From Psychrobacter sp. HD31 (GTDB taxonomy: Bacteria > Pseudomonadota > Gammaproteobacteria > Pseudomonadales > Moraxellaceae), in the NCBI RefSeq assembly GCF_051097895.1, contig NZ_CP142525.1, forward strand, positions 300,001 through 332,000: a stretch of DNA of 32,000 nt, in the 5' to 3' direction. Below are positions 17,895-24,509 of the stretch, piece after piece. The notes below the pieces were generated by a model. It did not search any database. It was given only the letters and a program-made list of their open reading frames with translations, and had not been told where the DNA came from. How positions within the stretch are numbered: the stretch's first letter is position 1; each line of letters opens with the position of its first letter. The translations under genes and the position numbers were made by a program.

Positions 17895-18362
17895 ATGATG
17901 AATAATAATCCACTAAATGTAAATGAAGAAACAAACATGAAAATCACGCAGGTTGCCATTGCCGTAATTTATTATCAAGATTTGTATTTATTAGGCTATC
18001 GATCAGCTGATCAACATCAAGGCAATAAATATGAGTTTGTTGGCGGCAAAATAGAAGCAGATGAAACCGCAACGCAATCTTTGATAAGAGAAGTAGCCGA
18101 AGAGGTTGGGTTAGATGTGAGTGGCTGCCAAATAGAGTCATTAGGCATTATTAGTCATGAGTATGCTACTAAAACGGTTAAGTTACATGTATTTCATGTT
18201 GAAGTCGATGATGTTCAATATCGTCAGTTTTCAAATATCACCGTGGGGCGAGAGAACCAACCAATGCGCTGGGTATCTAAAGCTGGCTTAATTGCTGGTG
18301 ATTATCCATTACCAGATGCAAATAAACAAATTTTACAATGGCTAGCAAAACTTACCAGTTAA
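17895..18362 (+). CDS. mutT: NUDIX hydrolase, MutT-type 8-oxo-dGTP diphosphatase
   Basis: Perfect Nudix box GGKIEADETATQSLIREVAEEVGL (Gx5Ex7REUxEExGU). KYEFVGGKIE parallels E. coli MutT KLEFPGGKIE. The likely true start is ATG 17937 (MKITQVAIAV), giving 141 aa. Confidence 0.85.
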   Translation: MMNNNPLNVNEETNMKITQVAIAVIYYQDLYLLGYRSADQHQGNKYEFVGGKIEADETATQSLIREVAEEVGLDVSGCQIESLGIISHEYATKTVKLHVFHVEVDDVQYRQFSNITVGRENQPMRWVSKAGLIAGDYPLPDANKQILQWLAKLTS

Positions 18363-18407
18363 CAATCTTGTATTTGATAATGGTTTTTTATGCTATGATT
18401 CTGCATT

Positions 18408-19202
18408 ATGTCAAAGCAAATGTTACAGTCTAAAACTTCTCCTATAAATCAGGTTGGGCAGCCATTAAGCCAGCAGCACAAACAATTTGCGCAGGCTATT
18501 CAGCAGCGTCAAATATTGGCACAAATGGGGGTTGATTGTTGGGTAACTCACAATACGCAAAAAAAGTTTGTCACCATAGATGAACTGCTTGATTTGCTTG
18601 ACGTCAATCAACTGGTTAAAAACAAGCAGACTATAAACTTATGTAGCCAAGCAGATACTCAGGCAAATAACCAGATAAATAGCCAAGTACTAGATGTTGA
18701 CCAAGTTAACACCGCTGTTGATGCGACGGACATTGCTCAGCCATTACCCGAACATAAGGCAAGCACAGAGTTAAATTTAACAGCGGATTTAGCTAAAACA
18801 GAACAAAAATTAGTGCCACAATCTACACAAGAGTCAAAGTTGGTTGTGCCTTTTGAACTACAAGGTGTGAGCTTTGCCAATTGGGTATTGTTGGTAGATA
18901 TGGAAACAATAGCAGAACAAGAGCTGACCTTATGGAATAACATATGTCGCGCACTACAATTGGATATCCAAACTATTAAGTTTCCTTTAATAAGCAACCA
19001 TAATACAGTTGAGGTTGCAAATGCTGCGTTAACAGGTTTTATATTTAGGCTTGCAAAGTCAGAAAAAATTAACATAGCCAATTTAACTCAATTGCCAGAT
19101 GGCGTAGAAGATAAGCGTTTAACAAGTTTGCCAACACTACAGCAAATGCTTGGTAACCCTGCAAACAAACAGGCATTTTGGCAAGCATTAAAACATAGTT
19201 AA
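18408..19202 (+). CDS. holD: DNA polymerase III psi subunit (HolD)-like protein with a long Q/N/T-rich insertion
   Basis: Three segments align by eye to E. coli HolD (recalled). QRQILAQMGVDCWV aligns with RDWQLQQLGITQWS. WVLLVD...LTLWNNICRALQLD aligns with LVMVAND...PLVSDVLRALTV. LPTLQQMLGNPANKQAFWQAL aligns with SPALTDLRANPTARAALWQQI. 264 aa versus 137 aa in E. coli. Confidence 0.5.
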   Translation: MSKQMLQSKTSPINQVGQPLSQQHKQFAQAIQQRQILAQMGVDCWVTHNTQKKFVTIDELLDLLDVNQLVKNKQTINLCSQADTQANNQINSQVLDVDQVNTAVDATDIAQPLPEHKASTELNLTADLAKTEQKLVPQSTQESKLVVPFELQGVSFANWVLLVDMETIAEQELTLWNNICRALQLDIQTIKFPLISNHNTVEVANAALTGFIFRLAKSEKINIANLTQLPDGVEDKRLTSLPTLQQMLGNPANKQAFWQALKHS

Positions 19203-19322
19203 AACGGGCTATTTAGCTTGTGCCATTAAATGATTTAGCTATAACGATTTAACCCTATTATATCAGTCGATAAATTAACATTTAAAAAATATGTCACTAA
19301 TTAAGCTATAAGGATAGCAAAT

Positions 19323-20438
19323 ATGAGTACCACACCAGCATATAAGCGTTTAGCAAACTTTTCTGCAGGACCAGCCAGCTTGCCAACTGAGGTGCTAAAA
19401 CAAGCACAGGCGGAGCTATTGGACTGGCAAGGTACGGGTATGTCCGTAATGGAAATGAGCCACCGTAGCCAAGAGTACATCTCTATTGCAGATCAGGCGG
19501 AGCAGGATTTACGAGCGTTAATGGACATTCCTGATAACTATAAAGTATTGTTTTTACAGGGCGGTGCAAGTTTACACTTTTCGGCTATTCCTTTAAATTT
19601 GTTGGCAGGTGGCACGGCAGACTATCTTGACACGGGTGCGTGGTCTACAAAAGCAATTAAAGAAGCAAAACGATATGAGGCACTGGGGCTGGGTAACATT
19701 AATGTTGTCGCAAGTGACAAAGCAAACAATTACACCAGCGTACCAAAACAGGGCTCATGGCAGCTAACCAAAGGTGCCAGTTATTTTCATTATTGTGCTA
19801 ATGAAACCATTCACGGCGTGCAAATGTTTGATATACCAGAGCTAGATTCTGATGTGCCAATTGTTTGTGATATGTCTTCTTGTATTTTATCTGCACCAGT
19901 AGATGTGTCAAAGTTTGGGATGATTTATGCAGGCGCACAAAAAAATATTGGTCCTGCTGGTTTGGTCATTGTCATCATACGTGACGATTTATTAAATCGT
20001 GCAAGTGACTGGTGCCCAAGCCTTATGAATTACTCAATTCAAGCTAAAGCAGACTCCATGCACAATACGCCAGCAACTTATTCTTGGTATTTAGCGGGCT
20101 TAGTATTTAAATGGTTAAAACAGCAAGGCGGGCTGATGGCAATAGAAAAAGTCAACCAGCAAAAAGCACAGCTTTTATACAATACGATTGAAGAGAGTAG
20201 CTTTTACCAAAACCCTGTTGATAAAAAACACCGTTCGATGATGAATGTCCCTTTTACTTTGGCAAATAGTGAACTAGATGCTGAGTTTTTAGCACAAGCA
20301 CAGCAAAAAGGTTTGTTGAACTTAAAAGGTCACCGTAGTGTTGGGGGTATGCGAGCCAGTATATACAACGCTATTAGCCTTAATTGGGTAGAACAGCTGG
20401 TTGAGTTTATGAAAACGTTTGAAGAGACGCATCAATGA
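19323..20438 (+). CDS. serC: Phosphoserine aminotransferase
   Basis: 371 aa. Motifs FSAGPA..P, GMSVMEMSHRS, LFLQGGAS, YAGAQKNIGPAG (PLP-Lys region), KGHRSVGGMRASIYNA. SD aagga upstream. Confidence 0.95.
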   Translation: MSTTPAYKRLANFSAGPASLPTEVLKQAQAELLDWQGTGMSVMEMSHRSQEYISIADQAEQDLRALMDIPDNYKVLFLQGGASLHFSAIPLNLLAGGTADYLDTGAWSTKAIKEAKRYEALGLGNINVVASDKANNYTSVPKQGSWQLTKGASYFHYCANETIHGVQMFDIPELDSDVPIVCDMSSCILSAPVDVSKFGMIYAGAQKNIGPAGLVIVIIRDDLLNRASDWCPSLMNYSIQAKADSMHNTPATYSWYLAGLVFKWLKQQGGLMAIEKVNQQKAQLLYNTIEESSFYQNPVDKKHRSMMNVPFTLANSELDAEFLAQAQQKGLLNLKGHRSVGGMRASIYNAISLNWVEQLVEFMKTFEETHQ

Positions 20439-21211
20439 TTAAAATAACCCCATTGTATGCTTTTTCTGATAATTATATCTGGGCATTATTAAATGAAAAT
20501 AATAAACAACTGATTGTGGTTGACCCTGGTCAATCAGAACCTGTTGAATCATTTATTAACGAGCATAATCTTGAGCTAACCGCGATTTGGATTACTCATA
20601 AACATGCTGATCACACTGGTGGGGTTAAAAAACTTAGAGAGATGTACCCTTTAGTGAATGTGATGGCTGATGAGCGACACGGTGTAAAAGCTGATTATAC
20701 GGTAAAAGAGGGCAGTAGCTTTAGATCGTGGGGATGTAACATTGATGTGTTGAAAGTGGCAGGGCATACTCAAGACCACTTGGCATATGTTTTAAATATT
20801 GGTGAAAATAAACATGTGTTTTGTGGTGATACCTTGTTTAGTGGTGGCTGTGGTCGGGTGTTTACTGGCGATATGCAGGCAATGTACAACAGCCTGTTAA
20901 AGCTTAACAGTTTTGAAGCAGACACACTTTTTTACCCTGCTCATGAGTATACCGCAAGCAATTTAAAATTTGGTTTATTTATTGAGCCAAATAATGCGGC
21001 AATGCAACAATGGCTTGAAAAAGTTAATCAACTAGCTTTAGATAAAACGCCGTCTTTGCCAACAACTTTAGAGATAGAACGATTAATTAATATATTTTTA
21101 AGAGTGAATGAGCCTGCGGTGGTTGAGTCGGTTTCGCAAAAATGTGACTTAATTGATAAAGCGCCATTGACGGTGTTTACGGCACTAAGAAAGCTAAAAG
21201 ATGATTTTTAA
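20435..21211 (+). CDS. gloB: Hydroxyacylglutathione hydrolase (glyoxalase II)
   Basis: 258 aa metallo-beta-lactamase fold. Motifs DNYIW, THKHADHTGG (HxHxDH), VAGHTQDH, CGDTLFSGGCGR, PAHEYT. The start overlaps the serC stop (ATGA at 20435-20438). Confidence 0.93.
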   Translation: MIKITPLYAFSDNYIWALLNENNKQLIVVDPGQSEPVESFINEHNLELTAIWITHKHADHTGGVKKLREMYPLVNVMADERHGVKADYTVKEGSSFRSWGCNIDVLKVAGHTQDHLAYVLNIGENKHVFCGDTLFSGGCGRVFTGDMQAMYNSLLKLNSFEADTLFYPAHEYTASNLKFGLFIEPNNAAMQQWLEKVNQLALDKTPSLPTTLEIERLINIFLRVNEPAVVESVSQKCDLIDKAPLTVFTALRKLKDDF

Positions 21212-21241
21212 ATTTTTATCTCATAAAAATGAAAAAAGTGC

Positions 21242-21269
21242 TTGACGAATTTTAATACTTTGATAGAAT
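21242..21269 (+). promoter_or_regulatory. Putative sigma70 promoter of tRNA-Asn with extended -10
   Basis: TTGACG (21242-21247), a 16-nt spacer ending in TG (21261-21262), and TAGAAT (21264-21269). A GC-rich discriminator-like cccagcac follows, and the site lies about 38 nt upstream of the tRNA 5' end. Confidence 0.55.
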
Positions 21270-21306
21270 ACCCAGCACTTAAGGCGAACACCTTAATAAA
21301 GCTTAT

Positions 21307-21382
21307 TCCCCAATAGCTCAGTTGGTAGAGCATCGGACTGTTAATCCGTGTGTCCCTGGTTCGAGCCCAGGTTGGGGAGCCA
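21307..21382 (+). tRNA. tRNA-Asn (anticodon GUU), CCA encoded
   Basis: Hand-folded cloverleaf of 76 nt. Acceptor tccccaa/ttgggga, D arm gctc-agttggta-gagc, anticodon loop ct-GTT-aa, T arm cctgg-ttcgagc-ccagg, discriminator g plus cca. Close to E. coli tRNA-Asn from memory. Confidence 0.96.
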
Positions 21383-21387
21383 TATGC

Positions 21388-21424
21388 AAAACCCTCATAC
21401 AATATGTATGAGGGTTTTTTATTT
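21388..21424 (+). terminator. Rho-independent terminator after tRNA-Asn
   Basis: Perfect 14-bp stem aaaaccctcataca (21388-21401) / tgtatgagggtttt (21405-21418), 3-nt loop, then a T-rich tail. Confidence 0.85.
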
Positions 21425-21623
21425 GATTAAGTTAATTGATTAAGGCAGTTTCAATCGACTCATAGAGATTTATCAAATAAACACCATGTTTGTTTATGAG
21501 CAAACAAATATATTAAAACCCTATTTTTTCAAATGAGGTTTTAACATATTTGTGGTGTAATGAAATCTAAACTAATAACTTTAAGTTAATTAGTAAGTGC
21601 AGTTAACTTTTTACACAATCATT

Positions 21624-23333
21624 TTACATTTCTGCCATCATAGCAATTAGCTTTTCAGCACCTTCAGTAATGCCTTGTTGCATTTCATCAAGCTTATCTC
21701 GGCTTATATCATCGGCAATTAATACAAACTCATAAAACTGTTTGTCCATGCTGTAGTTAACGCCAAATCCACCCTGTGAAGTTGGAACAAACACATAACG
21801 ACGAATTGGCGACTGACCACCCATAGTGGTGGTTGATAAAAAGTCTTTGCCTGCAAAAGCGTTCACCAATTCAAAAAACTGTTGGGTAACGCTATCTTCG
21901 CTAATTTCATTATCAGTTTGGCTTATTTGTTGTAAGGCATATAAATGGCGGTCTATGCCTTGCCCTGTTTTACAAGCAATTACCCAAGACTTATGCTCAG
22001 CAAAAGCATTGGTTAAATCTTTTGTCGTTGCGGTATTTTGCAACAGTTTTTCTGCCAATAATTTGGCTGATGGGGTGTTTGGACGCAAACACTCGGTTCT
22101 ACCAGCTAAATAGCTACTGGTGTCTACCGCCTCGTAAGTATTTTTTAATTGACCAAAGACTTTTAACTGAGCATATGCCAAACTAAATTGGAACAAAGCA
22201 TCATGGCTTACTTTGGTGTTAATGGCAGAATAATCGACAGTAAATTGTTGTACTTTAAAGGTTTTGGCATTGTCTGCAACAGGTTTTAACAACTCAGAAA
22301 TAGCTTGTGTTTGTTCAGAAGACAACTCCCAGTCCATGGCTGTAAGTTGAGTGTTGGCAGCCGTTTCGGCTTCGGTTGACTGTGCAAATGCATCATTGAG
22401 CAACAAACTTAGTGTTCCGCCATCAAGCCCCGTGTGCTCAACATGCACAACCATAAAGTCTGAATCTAAATCCATTTGATAAGTAAATGGTTTATATTGC
22501 CATGAGTGAGCAGGCAAAAAGGTTTGTTGTTCTAACTGTGTTATGTCATCTTCGCCCGAATGAAACAGAGAAATACAAAATAAACTATCTTTTAATGCCG
22601 AATATACCTCAGCATTGTGTGCATTTTGGCACAAATCATCCAGTTGGGTGTAAGCGTTTTCACTCGGTAAAGCACTAATTGCGGTAAAAGGTAAGCTAAC
22701 GCTATTTTCGTTGTTGGATAGTGTAGCTAATGCGCTTTCAATCTCCTCTATAGCAAATACATTGCCTTGCGAGTCAGTGACTGGAAGTAAATAATGTGAG
22801 CCCTGCCAAAATACATTGATATGGCGGTTATCCATGCCTTTATTACTATAATAATAGTCATCACAGCTTTTGTTTGGCAAACGCATGGCACCTTTTAGTG
22901 TATGCCAACCGTCCATTGATAATGGGTTACCTCGGTTATCTGTAGGAGCTTCAATTCGATTATCGATAAAATTGCGGTGGGTTTTGGTAATGCGGTGTAT
23001 CCACTCGGCAGCGCGCGTCAAGCCAGTGGATTCTGTTTGATAATTTATTTGGAATCCTACGTTACTCACTAAGGCTTTAGATTGCCTTGAGGCTAAATAC
23101 GCTGTTAGCCAAAAATCAGAAATCCAGCTTTTGCCCACTTTTGCTTGTGTTTCAGCATATTCTGATAACTGCTGTTGAAGTTTTTTACCATGAGTTTGTG
23201 CAAATTGTTGGGTAATTTTTTTGGCTTTATGGTTTGATTCAGCATCAAAAACAGGTTCGATGGCGGTTAAAAACTTATCTAATGTTTGTTCAAGTGCTGG
23301 TAATGGAAGCGGTTGTTGTAGGGTTTGTGGCAT
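21624..23333 (-). CDS. Choline/carnitine O-acyltransferase family protein (carnitine-type motif set)
   Basis: 569 aa colinear with eukaryotic carnitine acyltransferases. Shared segments are N-terminal LPLPALEQTLDKFL, catalytic VEHTGLDGG (the EHxxxDG His, codon 22434-22436), SHDALFQFSLAYAQL, NTYEAV...GRTECLR, GQGIDRHLYAL (Arg codon 21948-21950), LSTTT and GGFGVNYS. SD tggag upstream. Confidence 0.85.
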   Translation of the reverse strand: MPQTLQQPLPLPALEQTLDKFLTAIEPVFDAESNHKAKKITQQFAQTHGKKLQQQLSEYAETQAKVGKSWISDFWLTAYLASRQSKALVSNVGFQINYQTESTGLTRAAEWIHRITKTHRNFIDNRIEAPTDNRGNPLSMDGWHTLKGAMRLPNKSCDDYYYSNKGMDNRHINVFWQGSHYLLPVTDSQGNVFAIEEIESALATLSNNENSVSLPFTAISALPSENAYTQLDDLCQNAHNAEVYSALKDSLFCISLFHSGEDDITQLEQQTFLPAHSWQYKPFTYQMDLDSDFMVVHVEHTGLDGGTLSLLLNDAFAQSTEAETAANTQLTAMDWELSSEQTQAISELLKPVADNAKTFKVQQFTVDYSAINTKVSHDALFQFSLAYAQLKVFGQLKNTYEAVDTSSYLAGRTECLRPNTPSAKLLAEKLLQNTATTKDLTNAFAEHKSWVIACKTGQGIDRHLYALQQISQTDNEISEDSVTQQFFELVNAFAGKDFLSTTTMGGQSPIRRYVFVPTSQGGFGVNYSMDKQFYEFVLIADDISRDKLDEMQQGITEGAEKLIAMMAEM

Positions 23334-23630
23334 TGTTGAACTCCAAAAATATTAGGGTAGATTTTTTATCGTGTTAATAAATTGCAGATTAAGATTATTG
23401 TAGCACTCAATGCCGAGTTATTCTTACAATTATATGACCTATTAAGCTATTAAAATGGTTAAATGAGCTCATGAGTAGTGGCATAATAATTCTTTTAAGC
23501 GCATTATCATGACTATCGTAACTGAGATTAAAAAGCCCTACTAAAAAGCCCTTAAAAGTAAGGGAGTGAAAATGTACAAAATAGTACCTTTTGCGAGTTT
23601 AATACTATGATGCAAACTAAGTTCGGTTAC

Positions 23631-23668
23631 TATAAATTTGGTTTTTATAAATTTGGTTTTTATAAATA
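23631..23668. repeat. Tandem 15-nt direct repeat (2.5 copies) upstream of the PPTase gene
   Basis: tataaatttggtttt at 23631-23645 and again at 23646-23660, then a partial tataaata at 23661-23668. It lies 53-90 nt upstream of ATG 23721. Confidence 0.8.
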
Positions 23669-23720
23669 TGAAATGTGGGCTTAAATGATTATATTTTAAT
23701 TAACAGATGGGTAAAAAGGC

Positions 23721-24383
23721 ATGGTTATCTATTTACGTCATATTGATTTTCCTGTCAGGCGCAGTGTGTTAGCTACTTTAAAACAAGATGTCAGCCCGAG
23801 CCGTTTGCAACGTGCTGAGCGTTATCATCACCTAAAAGATAGCGTACGTTGTTTGATGGCTGGGCAGTTGCTAAATCATGCGTTAACTCAGCATGGGTTA
23901 CCCAGTGATGATAAACATATTGTGCAAAACCGTTTTGGCAAACCTATGTTTAAGGCTGATGGTTTGGGCTATTTTAATTTATCTCATTCTGGTAGCTGGG
24001 TCGTTTGTGCTGTTGATAAGCAAATGGTTGGTATTGATGTCGAGCAATGCCGTACGGACATAGATTTTGAAGTGATGAGTTTATTTAGCCGTGCTGAACA
24101 AATTTACATTAATAATGGCAGTGATAAAAATAAGCTTGCCCGTTTTTATCGTATTTGGACGTTAAAAGAAAGTTATTTGAAGGCATTAGGGGTAGGGGTT
24201 TCGCAACCACTCAATAGCTTTACTATCCATGTTTTAGATGGCAATCATGCTTGTATAGAAATTAATCAACAAAGGCAAACAGATTGGTATTTTTACTATT
24301 GCGACTTGGATGCCAGTCATGTTTGTGCGATTTGTACAAAGCAGCCCATTTCTACAAATGACTTTCAGTTTTGTACTGACTGA
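23721..24383 (+). CDS. 4'-phosphopantetheinyl transferase, Sfp type
   Basis: 220 aa with FGKPMF, FNLSHSG, VGIDVE and WTLKESYLKALG, the canonical Sfp/EntD-family motifs. It lies directly upstream of the carrier-protein-containing megasynthase. Confidence 0.92.
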   Translation: MVIYLRHIDFPVRRSVLATLKQDVSPSRLQRAERYHHLKDSVRCLMAGQLLNHALTQHGLPSDDKHIVQNRFGKPMFKADGLGYFNLSHSGSWVVCAVDKQMVGIDVEQCRTDIDFEVMSLFSRAEQIYINNGSDKNKLARFYRIWTLKESYLKALGVGVSQPLNSFTIHVLDGNHACIEINQQRQTDWYFYYCDLDASHVCAICTKQPISTNDFQFCTD

Positions 24384-24509
24384 CCATTACCAGATTAACG
24401 GGTTTTGTCATAATTATTCATGTTATAGTGATGATATAAATCAGTTAATTTAAAATATGAACTAACCCAGAATTATTAACTCACCCACAATAAAAAGAAC
24501 CTTCTTGTT

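Noticed and set aside
21208-21402. 64-aa minus-strand ORF in the supplied track.
   Set aside because: It lies antisense across the tRNA-Asn gene and its promoter. The reading frame is a by-product of the tRNA sequence, with no SD or independent support.
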